Below are positions 1 to 12,900 of a stretch of DNA of 64,000 nucleotides, in pieces. The stretch's first letter is position 1. Each line of letters begins with the position of its first letter. A program made the translations under genes and the position numbers. The DNA is from Lingula anatina (Eukaryota > Animalia > Brachiopoda), in contig CM120642.1 in assembly GCA_051362555.1 (NCBI GenBank), positions 21,018,001 through 21,082,000 of the forward strand, written 5' to 3'. The notes under the pieces are model-generated. The model was given only the letters and a program-made list of their open reading frames with translations, was not told the origin of the DNA and made no database searches.

Positions 1-506
1 TTTTGGTATCTGGATGATAATAAACAATATCCTTTAACAATATCCTTTAGCAGAGATAAGCAATCAAAACAGTGTAATACTGCATTGAAAGCCCTAGGTC
101 ATTGTAGAAATATCTCCTAAAGTCATACATGTAGAATTCGAAGATGAAATATAGCCCTGCTCATTTGTACAAGAGTATGAAGAAGATGGAAAAGGACAAA
201 GGATGTGGATGACAGAATACCAGCTCAAGCTGGAAACTGGTGTCAAGTTAATAAGTTACCTCAATGTAGTTCAAGTAACGGCTTTCAATGGTACTTTCTT
301 ATATGAGAAGTAAATTTTAAGAAAGATGCACGTTTTTAAAGTAGAAAAAAAAAGATCATTTTTAGTTAAATTTAATAGTTCTGAAGATTTTAATGAGCTG
401 CCTTTTACATTCCATCCACATTTAGACTATCATCTTTCTTACTTTTGTTTCTTAGATCATTTGTTTATATAGTTTTATGAAAAATATTCATTCCATTTTA
501 TTCTAG

Positions 507-3500
507 GCCATAGAAAACCAGATCAGAAGTTTTGGTCAGACCCCATCACAGCTTCTCACTGAGCCTCATCCTCCCAGAAGCTCTGCTATGCATGTGGTAA
601 GTTTCTTTGAATATCTTGTTAACTATCCTGGTTTTTTAGAAGAAGTGATGATTTTCCAAGAAATTTTAACCAATTTTCTCATGAATACCAAAATATAGTG
701 TGCATCATTTTCAAGCACATTTAAGTTTGGATGCAATGAAAATTAAAGGGATAATAACTCTTCGTTTTGGCCAAAAAATGAATTTTCCTGGAGTAAACAA
801 CATACTTACCAATGGTTTATTAATCCATTTTAACATTCAAAGTTAGTCCCTGGTTTTTTTCTAAATAGTTTGGTTTTTTGTTATAATCTCTTAAGATTAT
901 CAATGGAGGTCAGGTGGTCCAAAGACAATCTCACATATCAGAATAATAGCTATAACTGCCGATTTTTGTGGTAAAACAGAATATATAATATTTCTATGAG
1001 TTGTTCACAATGTTTTTATTGTGAAATATAGATCTCATGCGAAGAGTTATTATCCCTTTAATGAATTTCTTTTTTGAATGAACTTTTCATCTACAATATA
1101 TTTTGCCATATAATGTTTTTTTCAATGATTTTGCTTAAAATATACGATCTGCATTTGAAAATGTCAACAGAAGGCTTCAGGCCCATGAGAGTTAAAGTTC
1201 ACACTTTGAAAATGCCAGAATGAGATAAATGAAAATTACACAAAAAAAATGCATAAATTTAAGAAAAAAATGATAATCCAAACAAGCTGGGTTTCCAATA
1301 TGAGCTGTATGTTAATCCTAAGAATCATTCTTGTAAGTTACAAAATAATAAGTAACACAGTTTTCTTGTCATAATGTTTGTGGTGGCAGTTCATTAAGTA
1401 GGTTTTTTGTCATTTTTGATGCAATATTACCTAAAGTTTAACAGCATAATCGCCACAAATTTTTAATTATCTACATAAACATGTAGAAAATTTGATTACT
1501 ATTCAGTTAGTTAGTCATATAGGACATGATTATTTAATTAAAATGGTATGAATATAAAATCAGAGTGCAGGGACAGATCTAGCAATGATTTGTGAGTAGG
1601 AGACAATTACTTTTTCCAGGGAAAATTGGATTTGGCTGGAAAATCCCAGATGGGATACCTTTATGGTAATAACTGTGTACGTATGTGCCACTTTTGCTAT
1701 CTTGGTCTCAGTTAGTATCATTCCTCAATATTATTTTAATTTTAATGTCTTTATTATTATTTCCAGACACCAATGATGTTTTCAAACAATTTGGATGATG
1801 TGTGTATGATCATGAAATTTCTGTCCAACTCTCCTGTGGTTCATCTCACGGCCAACACACACCCCTTCATTCCGAACCCAGCTGTGGTCACCATTGCAAG
1901 TAACCATAACTTCTCCATAAATAAGTGGAACAATAATCCAGGTATACTAGAATTATCTGTCTGTCAAAACTTGGGACATCTTCTATATGTCATCCATTTC
2001 TTGAGCTTTTATGTACTTATGACTGATCAAAACATTGTCCATTTTGTGAGGGGGGTGGGGAGAGAGGGGATTTTTATGTTCAGACCGCACCAAGTTATGT
2101 TTTATTATTGTTGCTTTATAGATAATGGTGCTGTGCATTTGCATGCCTAACTGTCATTTTTTTAAATTATTAAACAATATGTCACTGTCAAGATTCAAAT
2201 ACAGGCAGATAGTCAATTTGCCTAGATGAGATGCCAATTGTGATTTAGCCTGGTCAAGATTCCTGTTGGGATCTCATTTAGGCAGATTTGCTACTGTATG
2301 TGCTTAAACAAGGTGCCAAAGACAAAGCCTTGCCTAGGCAAGATTCAAATCCAAAGATGCATCATATAAAAGTTACCTTTAGCTATCTGTATGGTGGTGC
2401 TTAAATACAACTAGCAGTCATGTGATGGCTGTCCTGGATATATCAGTGCTGGGCGAGGGTTTATATTGTATTCAGTTTACCTGCTGTAGGATTCAGCAAG
2501 TTAATAAAACTGAGAATTAAAGGGATAACAACACTTCATATGAGATTCAAAATTCCACAATAAATACATTGTAAACAACACATGGAAATACCATAAATTT
2601 CATTATTCCACCAGAACTGCAGTTATCACAATAATTTTGAAATCTGTGCTTGCCATCGGAACACATGTACCTTCATAGATGGCTTTCCTCCGGCGAACAC
2701 ACTTTAAAAAATTGATTAACTTTGAATGTCAGAACTGATTTATTAATCACTGGAAAGTATGGGAACATAGGTGTTTACACCAGAAATTTTATGGCACTTT
2801 TCCCTCCAAAATGAAGAGTTGTTTTCCCTTAAAAAATAGGAATCATACTGTCAGGACATGCTGTACCTAGGAGCTGGCATTTGAACTTATTATACGTGCA
2901 TTAATTGTATCATCTATTTTATATCATCTCACAGATGTTAACATCCAATTTTTATGTACAGACACAGATGTGTCTGTACATATTGCCATCACCTGCGTCT
3001 GTCGTCGCCGTCGTCGCCGATGGTGATGCCGATGCCGATGCCGATGCCGATGCCGTGCACTTTCCTTGTAAACACGATAAGTGGAACACAGTTTTATTTT
3101 TTGCTTTTATATTTACAGAGCTGATGAATATTCATAAAACGCAGGTCAAGTTCGAAAATCAGCATGATCGGGCCATTATAGTAGAAGTTATGCTGTTTTT
3201 TCACTTTTCAGCATATATACAACCCTGTAAACACATTTTAAGGAAAACCGTTAGGCCAATTGTCATTAAACTCACAGGAGTGGACAATCTTACTAAAACG
3301 CAGGTTGAGTTTGAAAATCAGCATAATCGGGCCATTATTTAAGAAGTTATGCTGTTTTTTCACATTTCCTGAGATTCAATTCTTAGGCATGTTAACAGTC
3401 TCATTATTGAACTAATAAGATACGTAAAAGTGTTTGTTTGACATTTCCTGCATCTTTACAATATTGTTAGTTGATTATGTAAAAATTATGGTAAACTTGT

Positions 3501-6092
3501 TATCGTGTTTTGTGTAATAAAGTGTCAAAAATGGAAATAAATTCATATCATTGCAGTTTGTCAGATTCAATCATTCACTATGTTCAGAATCTCAGAATGG
3601 AAGAAGTTGGACATTTAACACTGCTCTATTGATATTTTTTCCCATCTCATCAATTTTCTTAGTTGATCATATAAAAATGGCAGTAAACTGTTAATTTTGT
3701 TTTATGTTAAAATTGTTAAAAATGGGGAAAAAAACATTTCAGAACAGTGCTGTCTTGTTTACATTTTGGTATTTTCAAGTTTTGACTTTGAAGTTCCATG
3801 TGCCTGAAGACCTCTGCTAGTCACATTTTCTGAATATCCATAATACTAATATTTTATTATTAAAAATTGATGGTCATTATGCTGTCAAACATTATGTAAT
3901 ATTGCATCAAAATTTGAAAAAAAACATATTTTGGGCACTGCTCCCATGATGACCATTTCAGAAAAACCATGTCACTTTTTGTTCTCAAACTTACAGGAAA
4001 GAAACCTGGGACTAAAATACAGCTTCAGTAGGCAATGCAATCTGTTTGGTAATTCTTACTGCTAGTTAAACAGTTTTTTTTGTGAAACTTTAATTTTTCA
4101 CATATTGGCATTTTCAAGGTGTGACTTTGAAGTTCCATGGGCTTGAATACCCATGCTAGTCACATTTTCTGAAAATACATGATACGTATATTTTATTATT
4201 AAAAATTGACAGTCATTATGCTGTTAACCATTATGTAATATTGCATCAGAATAGAAGAAAACACAATTTTGGGTGCTGCTGCCATGATGACCATTATGGG
4301 AAAACCATGTTACTTAAGATTGCCAAACTTTCAAAAAAGAATTACAGGACTAAAAATGCAGCCTGAGTTGGAAAAACAGTTTAATTGGCTTCTTTTTCTG
4401 GAAGTTATACATTTTCAAAATGCGAACTTGAACTCCCATGGGCCTGAAGCCTTATGCTTGTTACACATTTTACTTACATTGGTATTACCTGTTGAGCATA
4501 ATTAAGATTTGATGTTGAATTTGCAGTTTAACATAATGTACTTTTGCATCAGAATTGACAGTAGCCTATTTTGTGCATAGTTATTTCCTGCTTTTTGTCT
4601 GTACATTTGACAGCTTTGCTGCCTTGTTATAGATCTTTTCTGTGCTGAGGATTGGTGGGTCTACATGTACATAGAGATTTTTGCAGTAACTACATGAATG
4701 CAGCATGTATTTTGGCATGGGCAACTCTGTAAACCTTATTATTAAATGACAAGACTGACCGCCACTGACTGCTCCATGGTTACCTGTTGCAGTTCCTCAA
4801 CATGATGTGTCAGCATTATGTACAAGACAGAACTGCTACAGAGAGCTTTGGGGTAAAAAAAAGTTTGGAAGGAAATAAAGGACTATTGAAAAGATAGATT
4901 GTGGCAGTTGTGATGTCAAATGGTTTAGGAACTGAACATTTCAGGCTGGAGGCACTCGGGAAGTGAGATGTGAGTGCAAAGAAAAGAGTTTTTTATTTAC
5001 CTCTGTGATAAGTCAAGATTTTACCCACTAATGGGGAATGGATAAATCCCTTGACTTACCACAGAACTTGATAAAAAACACTTTTTCTTGCATTCATGTC
5101 TCAGATCCCATGTAGCTCCTGCTTAAAATCTTCACTTCTTACACCTTTCAACATCACAACTTCCAGCACAACCAATCTTTTCCATAGTCCTCAATTAGCC
5201 TTGGTGATCAGAGTGAGCATGTTTTGTCTTATCTTGTGCTTAGTTCTGTTGTTTCTCCTCAGTTGCTTTAACATGAATGTTGTCAAGTGCTTCTTTTGAT
5301 TTATAGCTCCTCCCACTGCCCAACAGCCCAGTCTTGGGGAGAAGCAGGAGAGCATGCCCAGCCTCCCACTCCTTATGGATCAGGCATTAGGTAAATGAGA
5401 TTTGCACACAACCTAAGTCAGGCATGCATTCCTAGCCAAGTCAAGGTTGCTACTATACTTGTTAGATACACAGTATAACATTGATTTTAATTATTGTGTA
5501 AAGGGTATGACAGGTAATTATGTCACATTTGGAAAATACTTTGAGGTTGCAGGGAGTGACACTCTAGAAAGTGCAGCTTCTGTAGAGATTGGACAAATGA
5601 CATGGATTTGTTTATAGTAATATATTGCATCCAATTTAGAACTCTGTTGCTTTAGTTTACTACAATGAACAAGAAGCCCTGAAATTGAATAATATAAGAT
5701 CATATGTCATACATGGGGCAGTTGTAAAGTTGAAATAGGCACAAAATAGCCACACTTTATTGGGTTGTTGGACAATCCATGCAGTGAACATATTCCAATC
5801 TTGGACTCATTATACATGTCCAGTTCTAGTCTACAAACAAAGTCAAAATACCCATTGCATGCCAAAGATGGAGTCGGGTTAAAATTTACAATACTTTTTC
5901 TGAAATTTTAATTTTACTGCTCTGTTTTTACTTTCAAATGTTGATATGATTTTGTCATCTACTAGTTTGAAATATTTTATTGGAATATTATTTATAATTT
6001 ACCTTGAAAATGTAATAATTTGAAATGTATAGAAGGTTGAAAAAGGGCAAACCCCAGTAACATCCCCATTCATAAACTATACAACTGTACTT

Positions 6093-6168
<76 letters not shown>

Positions 6169-7264
6169 TATATACTAGTATGTGCTGTGCCCAGTATATA
6201 TCTATTTAGTATAAGGATCTGTACATTAGTACATACTACATTTATCTCTGTACACAAGTACATACTGTATGTATCCCTGTACACTAGTATGTACTGTATG
6301 TATATCTGTTCACTTGAACATATGGTATGTATCTTTGTGCATTCTGCTGTATCTCTGTACATTAGTACATACTGTATGTATCCCTGTACAGTAGTACATA
6401 CTGTATGTAGTTCTGTACATTAGTACATACTGAACCAGTATGTATAGCTGGACACTGGTATACTGGTCATTTTCAGTCCAACATAGTGCAGGGAATCGCA
6501 GAAACTTGGGCGATAACTTTGATGAGCGTCTCAAGCCACACCACTTCACATTTGTGACCACAGTGGACAACAAGTACATCTTTGCCACACAATTCTGGGA
6601 CAAAAGCTTCAGGGTCTTTCATTCGGACACTGGTAAACTTTTTTGTCATGCATATATTGAGTTTTTCTTGGTATTTTTATGTTATAGTCGAAATTTGGGG
6701 TGCTGTGAATAGAGTAGGTTTTTTCATAGCTTTTGCTTCTTATATAATTATTTATGTGGTTTTAAGTAATGGAACTAAGCTGTGAAATGATTTTATATAA
6801 AATGGATTAAGTGTGTTTGTGTATGGTTACTTTACTGCAGTATGAGTTTGGCAACAATATTTCATATTAGTCTTAATATTTCAGCCAAAATCCAACAGGT
6901 TGTATTTGGTCACTTTGACGTTGTCACCTGTATCAGTCGCTCGGAGTGCAGCATCAACCAGGACTGTTATATTGTCACTGGAGCCAAGGACTGTACCATC
7001 ATGGTCTGGCACTGGAGCTCTAAAAATGCTGCCATTCTGGGAGACAATGGAAGTAAGCATACAAGGATTTATTTATTTAACTTAATTTATTGAAGGTAAA
7101 AACATGATAAACATCTTTATCTTAAAATTTATCTTCCCATGACCCTCATGAGGTTAGTAAAAGTACACAGGTAAAACATCTATTAAATTATTAAAAAATA
7201 TTAACAATTGGATCACATAATTGATCAAATTTTTATGCTGCAAATGTACGTATAACCAGTTTTG

Positions 7265-7323
<59 letters not shown>

Positions 7324-9995
7324 TTCTTAATTTAATTTACATGTATTGCTATCCCCGCTTTGTCAGGTATTGCCCATCCTACTCCCAAAGCCACACTGAC
7401 CGGTCACCACACAGAAGTGACCTGTGTGGCAGTGTCCACAGAACTGGGACTTGTAATCAGTGGATCAAAAGGCAAGTGATGGGCTGTTTAATTTCATTTC
7501 TTTTAAAGTAATAGGAATAAAATAACATGACAGCAAACTGTTTTTTTACATGGTGCATTGCTTATTTAAATGGTTGCACCATTCTTACTTCCATTCTTGA
7601 AGAGTTGATAGACATGCATCTAAGCAAAAGAATTTGCTTGCATGATGGGGAGCCACATAAAAATAGTCTATGGAAGTTAGTTGATGGTCACTAATAGTCC
7701 ATCAGGTAGAGGGGTCCACCTGCACCAGGTGGTTGACCAAAGGTTCACTGTTATCAGGTGAAAGCTCATTTAATCAAGAATCAGTTTCAAATCGGTAGCT
7801 TTCATTATAAAAAATGGTCATTACGTATATAACACCCTGTTGCTCAATTGGCCGCATCTAAAAATGAGGGTAAGGAAAGGAACACATCCATATTATGAAG
7901 ATAAGATAAGATAAGATAAAGCAATGATTTTTGTAGCATTGTTCAGCTGAATTATAGGTCTAAAGAAATCATTGAAGGGAGCTTTGTAATATTGAATGTC
8001 CTGTACTCAAGTAAAGTCACAGGTCACCAGGGGTCAAATTTGAGGCATTTTCAGGAAAAATAAACCAATGAAGTTATCTTTTAAGAGAATGTAAGTCAAG
8101 ATTAATGCTTTATGATTATTTCTTATAACTTTTTCCTTTATGAAAGGGGTTTGGTGAGATTTGGCAGTTTTTTATACAAAGAGAGATTTATGGAAGGCAC
8201 AAGTGCTGTAGGGGTATTTGAGTCCATTTATGAATAATGGGGGCAGGGGAAGGAAATGCTCATCATTGGCTAGATTTGCTAGCTGTGAATACAAGTTATG
8301 CTCATTTATTTTGCTCAAAGATTGTTTTAATATTATATATTATTCTGTAATATTGAAATTAGCTCAAAGATTGTTTTAATATTATATATTATTCTGTAAT
8401 ATTGAAATTAAAGTGAGTCTAAGGGCAAAGATCACCCGAGTTCAAATTTGAGGCATTTACAGGAAAAATTAACCAAAAAATTATTTAATGAAGAGAATGG
8501 AAATAAAAAACCATGTTTTGGGTTATTTGTAATAACTTGGTCTATATTCAAGGGATATGATGAAATTTTGACAGTTTAGTTTACAATATGAGAGATTTAT
8601 GGATGACAAGGAGTGTTGGGGTTCAGTTATGAACAATGGGAGGCATGGTGGGGGAAATGCTCACCATTTGATAGCTTTGCTAGTTACGAATACAAATTAT
8701 GCTCATTTATTTTGCCAAAGGGTAGCTCTTTCTTAAAAGACATCTTTTCTTTCCTGTTGTCCTGTAGATGGCCCCTGTCTAGTGCACACCACCAATGGCG
8801 ACCTGCTGAGGTCACTGGAGCCGCCAAAGTCCTGCATTTCTCCCAAGATGCTCAGCATAACCAGGGAAGGCTACATCATCGTTAACTATGACAAGGGAAA
8901 TGTCTGTCTCTTCAGTCTTAGTGGAAAGTTCCTAAGACATTCAGAACACAGTGATAACCTTTGGGTAAGTCCAGTGAGGGTGGATCTCATTGCTTTTATG
9001 TGTTAGATATATAAATGTTTTAAACATTACATTAACTGCAAAAAAGCTAGGTAATATTTTACTAAATTTTTTCTATGTTAAGGCCTAAATACATTTGTGA
9101 CAAAATAACATAAGAGTTTATTCAGCCCTTGATATACAATTTAAAATTCACATGACAAAAATTGGGTTGTTATTCAGGTTAAATGTATAAAGTATCGGGT
9201 AACAATATAGTTGCTAAACATATAGTTGCATATTTTTTGTTGTTGTTAAAATGAGAGACAGCAGATGGGTAAAAACTCTTTTTGTCAACTTTGAACATAT
9301 ACATTTCTCTTGCAAGTTAACAATTGACAGAGTTCACAAAGGCAGAACATTTTATTAAGTAGAAATTTCTCTACATTTTTTGTCTGTAGTAAGAAATAGT
9401 GTTTATTGTGTGGGTCTATGAGGAAGGTCAGGTGCAATGTCTACAAAGTATTTGTTTCTGATCATCGAAAGTTTTGCCTCATATGACCATTGAATGGTGG
9501 CAGGTGCAACAATTTCAACGCCTTTATATTTTGCAGCACATGATCTTGAGTCGTGATGGCCAGTACCTCCTGACAGCAGGAGAAAGGGGTGTGGTGGACA
9601 TTTGGCGTACACATGACTTGAACATCCTCTACTCCTACCCCCAGTGTGACAGCAAGATCTGTTCCCTGGCTCTGTCACATGACCAGAAGTAAGCATGCTG
9701 AAGCTGAAATAACCCTGCTTTCCCGTGTTTGAGAGGATATATTTGTGGTTTTTGATAATGAAAGGTTAACTTGAAAGCAGTTTTTGTGTAACTCCCACCC
9801 TCAAGTCTAGCTTCACTCTTTAAAGCACAGAACATTTTACCTGTCTGATTAATAACTAACTTAAAGACCTGGTTGTTAGTGTTTTTTGTTCACTTTTCCA
9901 GGTACCTGATGGCCGGCATGGGCACAGGCTGCATAGTGGTCTTCAACATTGACTTCAATAAATGGCATCACGAGTTCCAGGATAGATATGGATAG
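507..9995 (+). CDS. NBEA: Neurobeachin (NBEA/LRBA family BEACH-WD40 protein), 3' part; the gene starts upstream of the window
   Basis: Exons 507-596, 1767-1941, 5307-5390, 6477-6632, 6885-7052, 7367-7471, 8768-8964, 9537-9688 and 9902-9995 join in frame. They encode the BEACH end ([16 protein letters not shown]), WD40 repeats ([35 protein letters not shown]) and the typical C-terminus [17 protein letters not shown]. One intron has a GC donor (7472). Confidence 0.95.
747..1057. mobile_element. MITE with TTAA target duplication (Kolobok-like termini)
   Basis: TIR agggataataactcttcg / cgaagagttattatccct, flanked by ttaa on both sides. Other copies lie at 2517-2832 (inverted) and 22289-22450 (partial). 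Confidence 0.8.
1165..1530 (-). mobile_element. Internal fragment of the same HINE-like family
   Basis: aaggcttcaggcccatgagagttaaagttcacactttgaaaatgccagaatgaga and the following sequence match ~34215-34550. Confidence 0.65.
2517..2832. mobile_element. Diverged inverted copy of the TTAA MITE
   Basis: Runs ttaaagggataacaacacttc ... gaagagttgttttcccttaa. The interior is reverse-complementary to 747-1057. Confidence 0.65.
2949..4629 (+). mobile_element. Non-autonomous Helentron-associated (HINE/DINE-1-like) element in an NBEA intron
   Basis: 5' end: TTTTTAT, the palindrome tgtacagacac-aga-tgtgtctgtaca, and a (gtcgcc/gatgcc)n microsatellite. The interior has ~160-bp and ~300-340-bp tandem units. 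3' end: the tgtctgtaca sub-terminal repeat and a cagc-ttt-gctg hairpin. A closely similar inverted copy lies at 34039-36234. Confidence 0.75.
6088..6440. repeat. (TA)n microsatellite followed by a degenerate ~35-40-bp minisatellite
   Basis: About 40 TA units at 6088-6166, then repeated ctgtacattagtacatactgtatgtat-like units. Confidence 0.8.
7267..7321. repeat. Compound (TC)n(AC)n microsatellite
   Basis: Directly visible in the sequence. Confidence 0.9.
8030..8720. repeat. Diverged ~410-bp tandem duplication containing an exact ~49-bp duplication
   Basis: tcaaatttgaggcattt recurs at ~8034 and ~8442. gctcaaagattgttttaatattatatattattctgtaatattgaaatta occurs twice within 8313-8410. Confidence 0.7.
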
Positions 9996-12900
9996 GTCGC
10001 CATGAGGCTGAGAGACGGTGGCAGCTGTAGTGCTCATCCTTGGTTTGCAATAGTTAACTTCCTGCACTTACAGTACCTATACTGCATTGTCTTAATAGAG
10101 AAATAACAAAAGGTCAAATAGTTCCAGTTTACTATCATGGGAAAACATAAAGACAGGATTTATTATTAATATTATTATTATTATTATTATGTTGTGACAC
10201 CTATGAAAATTGGGAGAACATATGTATGGAGAAAAGCATGTAAAATGCTTGTTGATATTCTTTTCAATTTTCCCTTTTACAGAAGACTTTAGATAATGCC
10301 ATTGTGCAATCTTTCATCAGTGTGGTGCATTTGTTGATCACGATTAGGTGAGAGTTACACAAAAATGATTGAGCAATGATTGATTGGCAATGTAATGCAG
10401 TCTAACTGATGTCACTGTGCTTTCTAACCACACTATTATCATGCAGCATATCATGATTGAAGAAAACGTGCATTTTGGCAAATGCTGTGAGCTTTTCTAC
10501 TGTAAACAAGGGGACCACATTTATTGGAAATTGTAATTTTTTTAATCGAGTGTAAACACTTTGATGTTATCTCTTTAAGTGAAACCTGTTTATAAGAACC
10601 AAGTGGTACTTGGGACTTCTGATACTGCCATGTTGTTTCCCAAGAAGTTGTAGTGCAGTCAGAGTTTGCAGTTATTACTAATGGTCAGTAATCTGTCCAT
10701 TATAATCATGCATCTTTTTCTGATATTCCTCTTTGAAATGAAAAAGCATTGAGCAGTAGTTACATTTGTGTATGAAATAAAGGTTGTGCATTTCAGTAGA
10801 AGCAAACTTAGATAACAAACCTTATAAACCCTGACGAGGCTTCTTTGTCATATTAATCTGAATTATGATTGAACATGTCCATAGGTGTCACTGTAATGGT
10901 GGCCAAATATTCAAGAGTGTATTTATGTACAGTAACATAAGTTAACTGCACTTCCCATATTTTCTTGTTTAAATTTATTTGCTGCTTAGTTCAATGCCTT
11001 GTTGAACTCAATATCTTGATATTGATATTGTTCTTGATAGTTAAAACTAGACTGCAAAACTGGCAATATACAGACAGCCAACAAAAAAAGGAATATTACT
11101 AATATAAATGCCAAAAAGCAAAATAATATAGAATGCTTATAAAAATTATATGATCATGCTCATCAATTAAAGCGCCCCAGTAAATTTATTTTACATAAGT
11201 GTGATTTGGCGCTAATGTAGCTAACATCACAAATATTTATCCAAAAACTAAGTATAAAAATTTGCGTAGAAATCTTATGATCAAGCTGGTTTTAAAACTG
11301 AATCCACAATTTGCTCAACAAAGCCACTAAATAAATTTTGAAAAAAAAATGTAGTGAAGTCTTGCAAAGGTTTTTGTTGAACCTGTTCCGACCATGGCCT
11401 TCCTGAGCAGTACACTGCCTATTGCCTTTGTATCTTGTTGGAGCCTGTAGAGCCTTTCCTAAAGTTCTATTACAAATGTTTTGGTGTACATTGTTCAATG
11501 CGGCAAAGGAAGAAACACCTGTGATAACATTGCTTATACTTAGGATACTAATATTTCTCTTGACAATGTTTTTGGGATGACATATAAATTATTTCTGCTG
11601 TTATAGCCTTGTGATGGTTAAACCAAATGTTGTATTTTGTAATTTATGATTTAAGAAACGCTAGGACATGTTTTTCAATGTTCTAAACACTGTCCTTATT
11701 GAAGACATAAATCTTGATGTGCCCCAAGACATTGTCTCCACATCTCTTATAAAGGATGTAGAATGGATCCTAGTAGTACATTTCTGTGATGTTGGTCAAC
11801 CAAGTATGCATTCATTTATAGGAAATCTAATATATGAATTTTTTTTTTTTTAAATCATCGGAAGAAAGGGTGATATTGTCACAGGAAGATATTGAGGCAT
11901 TGCCACAAGCATGGCTAGAAGTTGGTATATATTAACATTCCAGGCAACCCAAAGGGTATTAGTTTCAAGTAAAGTAGCCTTAGATAGAGTAGATGTTTTT
12001 TTAATGCTGTGCATATTTGTGAAATGTCACCTATAAATGGTTAATGAACTTTCAGCTGCTAGAAATGTTTATGTGAAAATAATTGTCAGACTAATTGCAG
12101 CAATTTCAATTCAAAATGAGCTTTTTTGCCACTATACTACTAATTGTTCATGTATGCAATGTCATTCATCTTGAAATCTGTTGCACTTTGACATGTTGGT
12201 TGAAGTCAATCCTGTGGATATGTAAGAATTGGTAAAAATATATTGAAGTGGGGAACCTTAGTATTTTTATTACCATTCAGGGACACCGTTTAAAGAAAAA
12301 TGATAGCATGTCATACAATTCAGCCTAGTATACTGCATATTGCTTTAGGGATCAGGTGTATGCGATTAACAATTTGTAAGTGGAACTGGGATATATAGTA
12401 TATATATATATATATATGAGCTTTAGGATTCATATAAAAATGTGGTATCTTTTGGCTTTGAATAAATGTTTGTCATACTTCATGAGAATTGTTTTTTTAA
12501 TATTTCCGAATGTGTCACCTTTTTTTTTTATGTCAGATCTCTGAGGACAGACAGACAGAGGGCCTGGCACGACACCTAACATGGACCTCTCTGCCATTTT
12601 TTTTTTCCTCCCGATACTTCACAATTTGTTTTAAAATGAAGAGGGTTCCGTATCACCATAAAAAGTGCCTTGGGAGTTGGAATCATTTGGCAAAAAGGTG
12701 ACCGTGGAGTACCAGTACCCCATACAACACCAGGGCATAATTATTTATTAATCTGGGCACAAAAGAGAAGACTTTCATTATTCGAAATCTAAAACAGAAC
12801 AACAACCTATTTTGCTTCTAAGACTTTAATTTCTGAATGGGACATAAAGTTGAACTCAATATGATCTCTGTAAAGATATTTCCAATTGCAGTAACCATGT

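Noticed and set aside
2905-3342. 145-aa ORF with a DADADA run, and similar ORFs at 36074-36337
   Set aside because: These are translations of the microsatellite-containing end of the HINE-like repeat.
9993-10106. Stop-codon readthrough of neurobeachin (about 36 open codons after TAG)
   Set aside because: The conserved C-terminus ends at the TAG, the context is not a known leaky motif, and an open stretch of this length is plausible by chance.
12560-12737. Possible small MITE between the NBEA and cyclin I 3' ends
   Set aside because: The terminal inverted match is too weak and there is no second copy in the window.
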